From IMG/VR virus record IMGVR_UViG_3300020045_005404, positions 1 through 48,012 of that record: a DNA stretch of 48,012 nt; one strand, 5' to 3'. The translations under genes and the position numbers were made by a program. Source of the DNA: a virus (taxonomy: Duplodnaviria > Caudoviricetes). Under the pieces are notes generated by a model, which saw only the letters and a program-made list of their open reading frames with translations, was not told where the DNA came from and did not search any database. This document shows, in pieces, positions 29,475-39,014 of the stretch; within the stretch, counting starts at the first letter, position 1; each line of letters begins with the position of its first letter.

Positions 29475-30356
29475 ATGCCAACACTACAAACAACACAAAT
29501 CAGCAGGATAGACGGCGAGAACCTTATCAATCCCTTTATGCTTTTCGGCAATGCGTTCACTTGGAACTTTGCAAGCGGCAGCGGTTCGGCTTCAAATATA
29601 AATTATGCAAACTCGCCTGTTAACCGAGTATTACGCATCGTTGCAGCGGGAGGCGACACATTGAGCGTGATAAACAGCGGTGACGACTCGACAGAGCAGA
29701 CAATTGACACGGAAGGAACTTATGTGATTGCTTTTGATGTTCTTACCGATTATCAGGGCGGCACTGCTGCAAACGCAAACGTAAAGGTTACGATGTTCGT
29801 AAATGCGGTTGCCTATGATATACCGTTCACTACGCCATCAACAGAAGATGAGCATAATATTTGGCTTACTTATTACGCATCAATGTTTTTAGAGGTCGGC
29901 GATGTTATTTCTTGGCAATTCGAGGTACAGACGTTTGACGTAGGATTGAACTGCAAATTATTATTCAAGAATTTTAAATTGGAGATACCGGAGGGCGGTT
30001 TTATCGTACCGAGTCCGTTTACCTTACCTTATTTCGGTGAGCTACAATTAATCCCGCCAACAGTTACGGGGACTTATAAGTTGAAAATGAACGGCAGTGT
30101 TGGCAGTTGGCAGAAACAACTCGAAGCGACCGCAACATTAAACTTCCCATCAGCTTCGGCTGGTGCGGAAAACGACCTGACAATTTCAATGACTGGTGCG
30201 GTAGTCGGTTCGCCTGTTTCGGTGGTTGCCCCAAGTTCGTTACAGGGCGTATTCACGGCATTTTGCGATACCGTCAACGTGGTCACGGTAAGGCATTATA
30301 ATACGACAGGCGGAACGTACGACCCTGCAAGCGGTTCATTTAAAGTAATACAGTAA
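29475..30356 (+). CDS. Putative tail protein with carbohydrate-binding-like domain
   Basis: Jelly-roll-like N-terminus; ATLNFPS...DPASG C-terminal module. Confidence 0.55.
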   Translation: MPTLQTTQISRIDGENLINPFMLFGNAFTWNFASGSGSASNINYANSPVNRVLRIVAAGGDTLSVINSGDDSTEQTIDTEGTYVIAFDVLTDYQGGTAANANVKVTMFVNAVAYDIPFTTPSTEDEHNIWLTYYASMFLEVGDVISWQFEVQTFDVGLNCKLLFKNFKLEIPEGGFIVPSPFTLPYFGELQLIPPTVTGTYKLKMNGSVGSWQKQLEATATLNFPSASAGAENDLTISMTGAVVGSPVSVVAPSSLQGVFTAFCDTVNVVTVRHYNTTGGTYDPASGSFKVIQ

Positions 30357-30361
30357 GCATA

Positions 30362-30940
30362 ATGGGAACATTAGAAATAGTATTCAATCAAGGCGAGGAC
30401 GGTAACGTTACGCATAATTTCAGTGCCATAGGCGAACTGGAAGAAAGCAAGTGCTATATTACTATTTTCAATGGGTTTTTGCAGATTAAGGAATACAACG
30501 GCGGATTAATCGAGGCTGTTTTTTGGAGCGACATTACCATTATTGACAACAGGGCAGGGCTTGGAACGGTTTACAATCCCATATCGATTACCCAATTGCA
30601 AAACCTTTTGATCCAATTCAAACATCCTGCGTATTACGAACGAATTTCAAACATAGGTAGCCTTATAAGTACGGACGGCGGCAACGCTATTATTGTCGGT
30701 TCGGACGGTTTATTATATGCGCCAGTTGGCGGAGGCGGAGGCGGAACAATAGGTATAGAAGTTGCGACAGGGGTTTCGGGATCATCACAAATAGTAGCAA
30801 TACCAACAGGCAAGATTGCCAAATTAATACAAATAAACAGGACAAACGTATATCAATCAGAGTTTGCCCAAGTTGGCGTAAATGTTACGATAACTTGGGA
30901 ATTCTTCGGGGATGAAGTGATAGAAATATTTTACCAATAG
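30362..30940 (+). CDS. Putative tail structural protein
   Basis: ISTDGGNAIIVGSDGLLYAP motif and poly-Gly hinge. Confidence 0.55.
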   Translation: MGTLEIVFNQGEDGNVTHNFSAIGELEESKCYITIFNGFLQIKEYNGGLIEAVFWSDITIIDNRAGLGTVYNPISITQLQNLLIQFKHPAYYERISNIGSLISTDGGNAIIVGSDGLLYAPVGGGGGGTIGIEVATGVSGSSQIVAIPTGKIAKLIQINRTNVYQSEFAQVGVNVTITWEFFGDEVIEIFYQ

Positions 30941-30944
30941 CATT

Positions 30945-32240
30945 ATGAAAAAATACATTTTAGGTTTATTATTCTTAGTATCGACAATTGCAACGGCTCA
31001 ATCGCCTTTTCCTGACGGAATCAGGGTTGCTAAAGGCGTGCAATTATACACAAGCGGAACGTATGCAAATAAATTAGGGTTCGGAACGCTTACGCCTGCT
31101 TCGGCTTACGATTTCATTTCAACTACAGGCGGATTGACTATTCCGAGAATGACCACTACACAGCGTAACGCCACAAGCGGACAACCTGTATCTTCTTTGA
31201 TTTGGAATACTACCAATACACGATTTGAATATTTCGATGGGGCAGTATGGCAGCCACTTACGGCAGGCGCAGTTCCCTCTTGGCAAGACCAATACGACGC
31301 AGATCCAAATAATACGGTGTTGGATGATGGGGCGGGTAATGTGCTGACGGTAACTACAACAATCATAACTTCTGAAACAGCGTCAGGCAACATAGTTGTT
31401 ATCACGGATGGTGCCTTGGTTACTGCGGACGCTGCGGGTAATAACACTACTGTCACAGCTTCATCGACGACTATGAGTAATTCAGACGGATGGACTGCGG
31501 AGAGGAAAGTCACGAACCTGACTGAAAATTATATAATACAAGAACCAAATCTTCCTTTAAGCACTTACACTCCCGTATATTCAGTCGAAGTCAACGGCGT
31601 AGAAACTTTTGCAGATACAAGCGGTAAGGTAGATTTAGGTACAATCGGCGGTGGTACAATCGACCCAACACCAACAGACGGCAGCACGAATGCAGTTCAA
31701 AGCAACGGTGTTTTTGATGCGTTGGCACTCAAAGCACCGTTAGCATCACCCGCACTTACGGGCGCACCGACTGCGCCTACCGCAACAGCGGGTACTAACA
31801 ACACGCAATTAGCTACAACTGCTTACGCCGATGCTAAACGTACATTCTCTCACCGTTTTCAAGGTTCGGCGCAGACTTGGGCTGACGGGGTAACTTACTA
31901 CTATGCGGGAAGTAACAACGTAACACCGTTGCTTAGTTCAAGTAGATATGTAGCGGCGGGAATAACAGCGACCGCTATGGATTTTTCAATTACGGGATAT
32001 TTCCCAGGCACGTTAGGAAGCTCGGAAAACATAACTATTTTAATAAGAAACGTAACAACGGGTACTAATTACAATCTTACCACCACATATCAAGCTACAT
32101 CCGTAAGTTCAAATCTTGCTGGAACAATATCATTTACGTGTACTCAAGGCGATTTGTTGGAATTGCACGTAATAGTTCCGACAATGGCAACAAACCCAAC
32201 GGGAGTGTTATTCAACACAGAAGTTTTAATAAGAAATTAA
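30945..32240 (+). CDS. Tail-fibre-like protein with N-terminal signal peptide
   Basis: MKKYILGLLFLVSTIATA/Q; IPRMTTTQRNA, PTDGSTNAVQSNGV, KAPLASPALTGAPTAPT...NTQLATTAY fibre repeats. Confidence 0.7.
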   Translation: MKKYILGLLFLVSTIATAQSPFPDGIRVAKGVQLYTSGTYANKLGFGTLTPASAYDFISTTGGLTIPRMTTTQRNATSGQPVSSLIWNTTNTRFEYFDGAVWQPLTAGAVPSWQDQYDADPNNTVLDDGAGNVLTVTTTIITSETASGNIVVITDGALVTADAAGNNTTVTASSTTMSNSDGWTAERKVTNLTENYIIQEPNLPLSTYTPVYSVEVNGVETFADTSGKVDLGTIGGGTIDPTPTDGSTNAVQSNGVFDALALKAPLASPALTGAPTAPTATAGTNNTQLATTAYADAKRTFSHRFQGSAQTWADGVTYYYAGSNNVTPLLSSSRYVAAGITATAMDFSITGYFPGTLGSSENITILIRNVTTGTNYNLTTTYQATSVSSNLAGTISFTCTQGDLLELHVIVPTMATNPTGVLFNTEVLIRN

Positions 32241-32241
32241 T

Positions 32242-34032
32242 ATGAAAAAATTGTTTATCGCATTTTTACTATTGTTATCGCAAATATCAATAGGTCAATT
32301 CAACAATATAGAAGTTATAAAAACGGGATTTGAGTATGGCTTCGACGACTTCGCAACCTACACGCCATTTGCGCCAATGACCAAAACAGTTGGTACAACG
32401 AAAGGCATCAAAATCGTTACTGCGGTCGATAATTTCTTACCAACGGGAAAAATAATCGATGCCAACACTTTTTCAGTAACCGTATCGGCTAAATGCACAG
32501 CGGGTGCAACGGGGTATTTTGGTTTTGGAATTAAGAACGGCGCATCGTGGGGCGGTATGCAATGGCGAGGGTCAACGGGCGCAACGGCACTTCTTCAATA
32601 TAATTCAAGTTCATTCGTAGGCGCAGCATCAGCGGGTACACAAGCCACGTTTACAACGGGCGATGTGATTTCTGTTCAACTTATTTTCCGTGGCTCTAAA
32701 TCGTTCCTGCGCTTTGCAAAAAATGGTGTTTGGAATACTAAATTAATCACAACGGCAGCTACCGCACCCGCATTATCGGGCGGCGAAATAGTGTTAGCGA
32801 TTCGTGGGGCTTCCACGTGGGACGACATTGTAGTGGTTGTTGAGGATGTGAACGAATATCCTACGGAGGTTTATTTAGCACCGAGTGGTGGGTCAGATGC
32901 AAACAACGGCACGTTTGATTTCCCAATGCAAAACATTGAAGCTGCCAAACTAAAATGCAAAGGAAAAGGCACGGTTGTTTTGAAAGCGGGTGATTATTTT
33001 GACCAAAATTTCACAACCGCATTAGGGCTTAATTTAAAAGCTGATACGGGTTCGACGGTTCGACTGATTTACGGCACTCGTTTTACATCAGCATCAATTT
33101 TAGGCGGTACGACAAAGGTATATTCAGTCGCCTATGCGCCGACATTGGACGCTTCGGACGTTATTTGGCAGCACGATGTTAACGATGCCAATTCACTCAT
33201 TACACAAGCCGACAGCAACCCATTACAACGAGGGCTTACACATCGTTTGCCGTCAAGTAAATCGACTTGGCTTGCTTCGACCGCTGCATTAGAGGCGAGT
33301 TCAGGAAGTGAAACGCACTTCTTTTGGTCAGCGGGTACGTTATATTTCACGATTATCACGGGAACAAACCTTATTGACAATCCAATCGTTGTACCTGACA
33401 GCGGTTCGGAAATTCAAATTTTGATTGCTGACCAACCAAACCTAACAATGAGCAACGTCAACTTCTTGTATCGTTCGGTACGTCTTTCATCAACGAAATA
33501 CAAGATTGAGGACTGTTCTGTTTTGTGTTCGGCAAACTCTTTTGGATGGCAGTACGGAAATGCAAATGGCGAGTTCATTCGTTGTCGTGCCGGTGGTATC
33601 AATTATAATTTAGGTACGGGCGGTGATGGCTTTAACGGAACGGCAACGGTCACAACAACATCAAAATTTACCGATTGCTGGTCGCACGATAACGAAGATG
33701 ACGGGGATTCATTGCACAGCAATTGCAGTAGTTCTATTTACGGCGGACTATATGAGTATAACGGTGGTGGCGTGGTTGCGGCTTCGGGTGGACATATTTC
33801 AATATTTAATTCGGTTATGCGCCACAGCGGTACAGGGGCATCGGCTCAAGGTGCAACGGCGGATAGTGGAAATAGTACAAACATCTTAGCAAGCGGTTGT
33901 CTTATGCAGAACAACTCAACGAATTCTTCTGCAAGTAGCGGTTTTATTAGAACAACTTTAATAAATTGCATCGCAAAAGGGAATGACTTTCCTGTAGGAG
34001 CTGATAAATTTAATTGCATTCATATACCATAA
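32242..34032 (+). CDS. Right-handed beta-helix (pectin-lyase-like) depolymerase/tailspike-like protein with signal peptide
   Basis: MKKLFIAFLLLLSQISIG/Q; YLAPSGGSDANNGT..P, GDGFN, SHDNEDDGDSLH. Confidence 0.7.
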   Translation: MKKLFIAFLLLLSQISIGQFNNIEVIKTGFEYGFDDFATYTPFAPMTKTVGTTKGIKIVTAVDNFLPTGKIIDANTFSVTVSAKCTAGATGYFGFGIKNGASWGGMQWRGSTGATALLQYNSSSFVGAASAGTQATFTTGDVISVQLIFRGSKSFLRFAKNGVWNTKLITTAATAPALSGGEIVLAIRGASTWDDIVVVVEDVNEYPTEVYLAPSGGSDANNGTFDFPMQNIEAAKLKCKGKGTVVLKAGDYFDQNFTTALGLNLKADTGSTVRLIYGTRFTSASILGGTTKVYSVAYAPTLDASDVIWQHDVNDANSLITQADSNPLQRGLTHRLPSSKSTWLASTAALEASSGSETHFFWSAGTLYFTIITGTNLIDNPIVVPDSGSEIQILIADQPNLTMSNVNFLYRSVRLSSTKYKIEDCSVLCSANSFGWQYGNANGEFIRCRAGGINYNLGTGGDGFNGTATVTTTSKFTDCWSHDNEDDGDSLHSNCSSSIYGGLYEYNGGGVVAASGGHISIFNSVMRHSGTGASAQGATADSGNSTNILASGCLMQNNSTNSSASSGFIRTTLINCIAKGNDFPVGADKFNCIHIP

Positions 34033-34039
34033 AAAAACT

Positions 34040-34324
34040 ATGAAAAAATGGATAAAAGATAGGAATAATTGGCATTATATTGTCGGTTTTTTCTCGGCAG
34101 GAACCACTTACCTTGTCGCATTCGAGGCTTATCAAATGATTGGTCGCTTCCTAATATGCACAATTGCGGTACTGTTTGGTTCGACTTTGTGGGAGATGAT
34201 TAGGGAGGATAAATATGGCTATCCGTTCGATAAAAAAGATATTGTGCGCAGTGTAGTCGGTGCTTTAATTGGCGGTGTTGTGGCTGTAGGCGTACATTTG
34301 ATTATAATTGGAAAGTTTATTTAA
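34040..34324 (+). CDS. Membrane protein (3 predicted TM)
   Basis: Hydrophobic helices; H...G...WE...D pattern. Confidence 0.7.
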   Translation: MKKWIKDRNNWHYIVGFFSAGTTYLVAFEAYQMIGRFLICTIAVLFGSTLWEMIREDKYGYPFDKKDIVRSVVGALIGGVVAVGVHLIIIGKFI

Positions 34325-34325
34325 A

Positions 34326-34559
34326 ATGAATTTAGCAAAAGATTTAATAAAACCGATACTCGCATTGATTGTGGTTTTGTGTTCGTTTGTATATTTTTTC
34401 GTATGTTTGTTTACCGATCATAAGCCAGACCCGCAAATTATAATAGCAATTGTGGCGTGTCAGCAGATTCCTTTGTCTTATTATTTTGGCAATAGTTCCG
34501 GCAATGCAACTAAAGACAGCACAATTGCGACATTGACAGATAACGCTTCTAAAAATTAA
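34326..34559 (+). CDS. Holin-like two-TM protein
   Basis: Two TM; YYFGNSSG...KD motif typical of phage holin-like proteins. Confidence 0.65.
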   Translation: MNLAKDLIKPILALIVVLCSFVYFFVCLFTDHKPDPQIIIAIVACQQIPLSYYFGNSSGNATKDSTIATLTDNASKN

Positions 34560-34564
34560 ATATT

Positions 34565-34729
34565 ATGAAAACAACTTTAGGTACTATTTTTTCGGTTATT
34601 GGATTGATTCCAGCCGCTATTTCGCAAATGAATTTAACCAACGTGCCTAACTGGCTCGTCATTACTGGTGTTGTCTGCGCAGCCATTTCTTTCATTTACA
34701 CGGGTTTAAACACACAAGACACTAAATGA
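34565..34729 (+). CDS. Holin-like two-TM protein (54 aa, not in ORF track)
   Basis: MKTTLGTIFSVIGLIPAAISQ...VITGVVCAAISFIYTGLNTQDTK. Confidence 0.65.
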   Translation: MKTTLGTIFSVIGLIPAAISQMNLTNVPNWLVITGVVCAAISFIYTGLNTQDTK

Positions 34730-34854
34730 AAACTTTCGAAACAACCGACCAAGCGAGGCAATTGGATTGCACATTTGAGTTAGTAAGTTATGATGAAGAC
34801 TTGACTTTCCTAACCATAACCGATCCGTTCGGAGTTGAAATTCCGATATTATGA
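34726..34854 (+). CDS. Small acidic protein (42 aa, not in ORF track)
   Basis: MKTFETTDQARQLDCTFEL...; ATGA overlaps at both ends. Confidence 0.55.
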   Translation: MKTFETTDQARQLDCTFELVSYDEDLTFLTITDPFGVEIPIL

Positions 34855-35075
34855 CCGAACAAGCCACATACAACACTCTAAAATATATTTTTGCAATAGT
34901 GACCGGGTTATTGTTGCTGATACTCATAACCCATGAAATCGATAACGAGGCTTTTTCCGAATGGCTGTCATTGAAAGACGACGTTTACCGTCCTATTTTC
35001 GGTATTGCTATATTGTTTAGCTTTTGCGGTTTTGGGTATTGCTGGGCGATTGATATTAGGTTGAGGGGGAAGTAA
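34851..35075 (+). CDS. Two-TM membrane protein
   Basis: Two hydrophobic helices. Confidence 0.65.
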   Translation: MTEQATYNTLKYIFAIVTGLLLLILITHEIDNEAFSEWLSLKDDVYRPIFGIAILFSFCGFGYCWAIDIRLRGK

Positions 35076-35098
35076 GCCTATATTTTTTCATTGATAAG

Positions 35099-35125
35099 AA
35101 CCGCCTTGTACATTTGGCGGTTTTT
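35099..35125 (+). terminator. Intrinsic terminator
   Basis: AACCGCC/GGCGGTT plus T tract. Confidence 0.75.
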
Positions 35126-35161
35126 GTTTGGATTATAGTTGTGTGTTTGGAAAACATTTTA

Positions 35162-35270
35162 TACATTCGCAATAACAAAGACGGAGTCCGCTAGCTCCCG
35201 ATGAAGCCGAGTTGATTTAGTCAACCTTAGAGAAAAGCCTCAAATATTCTAGCGGATGTTTGGGGTTTTC
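35162..35270 (+). promoter_or_regulatory. Structured leader E
   Basis: TACATTCG; hairpin GGAG-TCCGCTAG-CTCC whose loop is complementary to CTAGCGGA 35249-35256 at the tip of a 14-bp hairpin. Confidence 0.72.
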
Positions 35271-35290
35271 TTATTTAAAAATTATTTATT

Positions 35291-36301
35291 ATGAGTACAA
35301 AAGTAACAATCATTGACCCGAAAGACTTTCAAATTGAAGAAAGCAAAGCAACCGAAATAGTTTCGGGACTGCAAACAGTATTAGCAGAGCGTCAAATATT
35401 AGAAGACGCTTATGTTGACGTTATAGGGTTGGAAATTACAACCGAGAATTTACCAACATTCAAAGAATTGCGTTTAAAAATTGTAAAGAACAGAACGCAG
35501 GGCATTGACGCTTGGCACAAAACCAACAAAGATTTCTACTTAAGAGGCGGTCAGTTCGTTGACGCAATAAAGAGAAAAGAAAGCTTCGTTAATGAGCAAA
35601 TGGAATCTAAACTTTTGGAAGCCGAAAAGCATTTCGAGAACTTGGAAAAGAAACGGTTATTCGATTTAAATGAATCCCGTAAAGAATTGCTTTCAAATTA
35701 CGTTATGGACACCTTCGGTCTTGAGTTGTCAGGAATGGAGCAAGACGTTTTCGACGCTTATTTGTCAACTAAAAAAGCCGCATTTGAGAAAGCGGAAACC
35801 GAGCGTATCGAAGCCGAACAAAAACGTATTGCAGATGAAAAGGCAGAAGCCGAAAGAATAGAGGCGCAGCGTATCGAGAACGAACGATTAAAAACCGAGG
35901 CGGATGCAAGAGAGGCGCAGATTAAAAAAGAACGTGAAGCGGCAGAAAAAGCATTAGCAGACGAAAGAGCAAAAGCCAAAGCAGAAGCGGATAAATTGGC
36001 GGCAGAAAAAGAAAAAGAATTAGCGATTGAAAGAGAAAAACAATCTCAAATTGCCGCTGAATTAAAAGCCAAAGAAGATGCTGAATTAAAAGCAAAACAG
36101 GAAGCGGAAAAGAAAGCCGAAGCCGACAAAAAAGAAGCGGAAAAATTAGCCAAAGCACCTGTTAAGAAACAGTTATCCGTTTGGGTTAATTCATTCGAGA
36201 TTTCAGAAATTCCAATCAAAGACAACGAGGCTGCTAAATTAATTAACGCTAAATTTGAGGCGTTTAAATTATGGGCATTGGAACAAGTGAACGCAATATA
36301 A
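35291..36301 (+). CDS. Long coiled-coil protein (moron-like, inside the lysis region)
   Basis: E/A/K-rich heptads; has its own leader and terminator. Confidence 0.8.
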   Translation: MSTKVTIIDPKDFQIEESKATEIVSGLQTVLAERQILEDAYVDVIGLEITTENLPTFKELRLKIVKNRTQGIDAWHKTNKDFYLRGGQFVDAIKRKESFVNEQMESKLLEAEKHFENLEKKRLFDLNESRKELLSNYVMDTFGLELSGMEQDVFDAYLSTKKAAFEKAETERIEAEQKRIADEKAEAERIEAQRIENERLKTEADAREAQIKKEREAAEKALADERAKAKAEADKLAAEKEKELAIEREKQSQIAAELKAKEDAELKAKQEAEKKAEADKKEAEKLAKAPVKKQLSVWVNSFEISEIPIKDNEAAKLINAKFEAFKLWALEQVNAI

Positions 36302-36324
36302 ATTCAATCCTCAATACCGCAACT

Positions 36325-36351
36325 AAACCCATCCTATCCGATGGGTTTTTC
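36325..36351 (+). terminator. Intrinsic terminator
   Basis: AAACCCATC/GATGGGTTT plus T tract. Confidence 0.75.
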
Positions 36352-36433
36352 ATTACAATATATCCCAAATAGCCACGTTTGCATTTTACAACAATATTCG
36401 TTTACTTTACAAACCGAATCTACTAATTTTATA

Positions 36434-36799
36434 ATGGCCAAAACTTGGATTTCGTTTACACAATGGTTCGTGCGTCAGAAGATAGCCGTTCAACTCACTT
36501 GCCTAATATTGGGATTGTCTGGCATTGTGTATGGGGTCACATCGCTATTGATACAGAATTACGAAAGACAGGCGGTAACGGATGCGCAGACGATAAAGGA
36601 CAAGGATTTGCAGATGCAAGTGATGCGCATCAACTTCGACGCACACAACAGAAGGACGGACAGCATACACCGTTTGGAGCTGAACAATGAACGGTTATCA
36701 ACCAAAGCCCTGTTCGACCAATCGATGAAAGAACGCCAAGAAATGATGCGATACATACTTAATGAGAAAGCGAAACTAAAATCGATTAGCAATGATTAA
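36434..36799 (+). CDS. TM plus coiled-coil protein (lysis accessory-like)
   Basis: MAKTWISF...; one TM then coiled coil; ATG 36434 preferred. Confidence 0.6.
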   Translation: MAKTWISFTQWFVRQKIAVQLTCLILGLSGIVYGVTSLLIQNYERQAVTDAQTIKDKDLQMQVMRINFDAHNRRTDSIHRLELNNERLSTKALFDQSMKERQEMMRYILNEKAKLKSISND

Positions 36800-37019
36800 A
36801 AATTACCGCATATTATTATTCAGCCTCGTGATATTCCTATTGGTGGGATTGTCACCGATAGAAAGTCATCCCGAAGCACCGATGCTGCGAACTAAGATAC
36901 CAGCAACTGTTCCCGAAGTCATACCCGCAGACCTTACGCAAGTCCAGAAAGCAGACAGGGAAATGTGGGAGGAAGTGGTCGATTATAAGTGGCGTGCTGA
37001 AAAATTACGCGGGGAATAG
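36792..37019 (+). CDS. Small exported or membrane-anchored protein
   Basis: N-terminal hydrophobic helix. Confidence 0.55.
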   Translation: MIKNYRILLFSLVIFLLVGLSPIESHPEAPMLRTKIPATVPEVIPADLTQVQKADREMWEEVVDYKWRAEKLRGE

Positions 37020-37055
37020 TTTTTTTGTTATCTTTGGGTTATAAATCAATAAGTT

Positions 37056-37439
37056 ATGCAACTAACAAAAAACTTCACGTTGGCGGAATTTGACTGCCAC
37101 GACGGAACAAAAGTCCCTAAAAAATATATCCCAAATGCACAGGAAGTAGCCAACAATCTACAGGTACTTCGGGATTTTTTAGGTGTTGCGGTGGTGGTTA
37201 CAGGAAGTGGTTACAGAACCGCTTCCCACAACAAAAAAGTCGGCGGAGCAAAGAACAGCCAACACTTAACTTGCTCGGGAGCTGACATAAATGCAAAAGG
37301 CTATACGCCAAAAGCATTAGCCGAAGTTATAGAAAAATTAATCGATGCTGGGGAAATGAAGCAAGGAGGAGTCGGCATTTACAAAGGCTTCGTGCATTAC
37401 GATATTTATTTTGATGGTAAAAACAAAAGACGTTGGTAA
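37056..37439 (+). CDS. Endolysin, peptidase M15A family
   Basis: NFTLAEFDC, SGYR..SHN..VGGA..SQH...ADI, FVHYDI; TATCTTTG promoter upstream. Confidence 0.9.
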   Translation: MQLTKNFTLAEFDCHDGTKVPKKYIPNAQEVANNLQVLRDFLGVAVVVTGSGYRTASHNKKVGGAKNSQHLTCSGADINAKGYTPKALAEVIEKLIDAGEMKQGGVGIYKGFVHYDIYFDGKNKRRW

Positions 37440-37460
37440 TTAAATAAAATACTCGTATAT

Positions 37461-37991
37461 TTGATAGAACAAAAAATCAAATATATGATAGTTATACCAA
37501 ATACTAATGGACTTTATTTTGCTTCTGATGATGGTGAGATATTTAGAAATGGAAAACGTATTGCTCCAATAAATAATGGCAACGACTATTTGTGTGTTGT
37601 TTTAAGTATTGAAGGAAAAACACAAAGAAAATATATTCACAGATTGATATGTGAGGCTTATATTGCAAACCCTGAAAACAAATCAGAAGTTAACCATATC
37701 GACGGAAATAAAATGAATAATTCCCTCTATAATTTAGAGTGGGCTACACGTTCAGAAAATCAATTCCACAGATATAAAGTTTTAAAGCATTCAGGAGCAA
37801 ACTTAGGCAAAACAGGAAGCGAAAACGGACGAAGTAAAACAGTTTACCAATTAGATTTAGACGGAAATACGATAAATGTTTTTGAAAGCGTATTAGAGGC
37901 TCAAAGAAGAACAGGAATAAACGAGGCTTCTATAAGAGGCGTAGTTTATGGGAAACAAAAAACTGCGGGTAAATATAAATGGAAATATTAA
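37461..37991 (+). CDS. HNH endonuclease with NUMOD1-like C-terminus
   Basis: IHRLICEAYIANPENKSEVNHIDGNKMNN...NLEW; VYQLDLDG...FES..EA; start may be 37485. Confidence 0.88.
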   Translation: MIEQKIKYMIVIPNTNGLYFASDDGEIFRNGKRIAPINNGNDYLCVVLSIEGKTQRKYIHRLICEAYIANPENKSEVNHIDGNKMNNSLYNLEWATRSENQFHRYKVLKHSGANLGKTGSENGRSKTVYQLDLDGNTINVFESVLEAQRRTGINEASIRGVVYGKQKTAGKYKWKY

Positions 37992-37995
37992 ATAT

Positions 37996-38616
37996 ATGAC
38001 AATAACCGACAAAGTAATAAGATACTACGCAATAGCCGTTACCGTACTTGCAGCCATACTTTTGGCTACGCAATGCGCAGGCGACGATGAAACAATTGTC
38101 GTTGCTGAAAAGTCAGGAACATTTGCTCCGATAACCAACCCAACGCCATTACCAGCACCGCCACCAATCGTAAAATACATCAAAGGGCAAACAATAACCG
38201 TTCCTGCAAAAATGAATCAGGAGTTGTACGAATTCTATATGGAATCGGTAAATCGGGAACTCGCAGCAAAGGACACAATCGCACAGCTTCGTGAAACGGT
38301 AAAGCAAGCGGAACTGTATGCAAAGGCAATCGAAACGAACACCTACCAGAATAAATTCGAGAACGGTAAAATATCCATAACCATCGACAGCGAAACGCAG
38401 GGTACATTATTAAGCATTAAGCCGACTTGGACAATAAAAGCCGACAGTATTAAAAGAAAGTCGCTTAGAAGCGTTTATTTGGGCGGAGAAATCGGAACGA
38501 ACAAGGCAGCCAAAGCAAACATTATGTATCAATCGGGGCGTTTCATTTATTCGGGCAGTTATGATGCCGACAAAACAATATGGGCAGGGGTTAATATTCG
38601 GGCGTTCGGATTCTGA
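37996..38616 (+). CDS. Spanin-like lysis accessory protein
   Basis: N-terminal TM ending LLATQC, Pro-rich linker, coiled coil, C-terminal amphipathic strands ending in F; follows the endolysin. Confidence 0.55.
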   Translation: MTITDKVIRYYAIAVTVLAAILLATQCAGDDETIVVAEKSGTFAPITNPTPLPAPPPIVKYIKGQTITVPAKMNQELYEFYMESVNRELAAKDTIAQLRETVKQAELYAKAIETNTYQNKFENGKISITIDSETQGTLLSIKPTWTIKADSIKRKSLRSVYLGGEIGTNKAAKANIMYQSGRFIYSGSYDADKTIWAGVNIRAFGF

Positions 38617-38639
38617 CGTACTGCACACACATTTGATTT

Positions 38640-38668
38640 AAGCCTTTCAGTAATGAGAGGTTTTTTTT
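38640..38668 (+). terminator. Terminator ending the late region
   Basis: AAGCCTTTCA/TGAGAGGTTT plus long T tract. Confidence 0.75.
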
Positions 38669-38729
38669 ATACAACACAAAATAATTATAAAATAAGTGTT
38701 AAATAATTTTTTTATTCAAAATAAGACTG

Positions 38730-38752
38730 TATATTTGTACTCAGATAACAAC
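38730..38752 (+). promoter_or_regulatory. Putative early promoter, copy 1 (TATATTTGTACTCAGATAACAAC)
   Basis: TAnnTTTG box; identical 23 bp at 42459-42481. Confidence 0.75.
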
Positions 38753-38776
38753 AATTAAAAAACCAACCTATATAAT

Positions 38777-39010
38777 ATGCCAAGAAAAGAGATTGACCCA
38801 AAAGAAAAGAAAAAACAAATCCCTTTTATGACCGAAACTAAAAAGGTCGATTTGTTGGGCAAAAACACCTGTCAGGAACTCGCAGTATTTGCCGTTGACA
38901 AAGCATATAAAAAGGCGCTAAGAGATTTAGACAACGTGTCGATTGACCTCGCCTACAACGAAGCAATGAATTCACATAACCCGCAAAAGGTTGCGGATAA
39001 AAAAGAGTAG
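38777..39010 (+). CDS. Small basic putative DNA-binding protein
   Basis: MPRKEIDPKEKKKQIPF N-terminus. Confidence 0.6.
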   Translation: MPRKEIDPKEKKKQIPFMTETKKVDLLGKNTCQELAVFAVDKAYKKALRDLDNVSIDLAYNEAMNSHNPQKVADKKE

Positions 39011-39014
39011 GGAA

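Noticed and set aside
35197-35236. Hammerhead ribozyme (CCGATGA...GAAA)
   Set aside because: Core is not CUGANGA and I could not build stems I-III around a cleavage triplet
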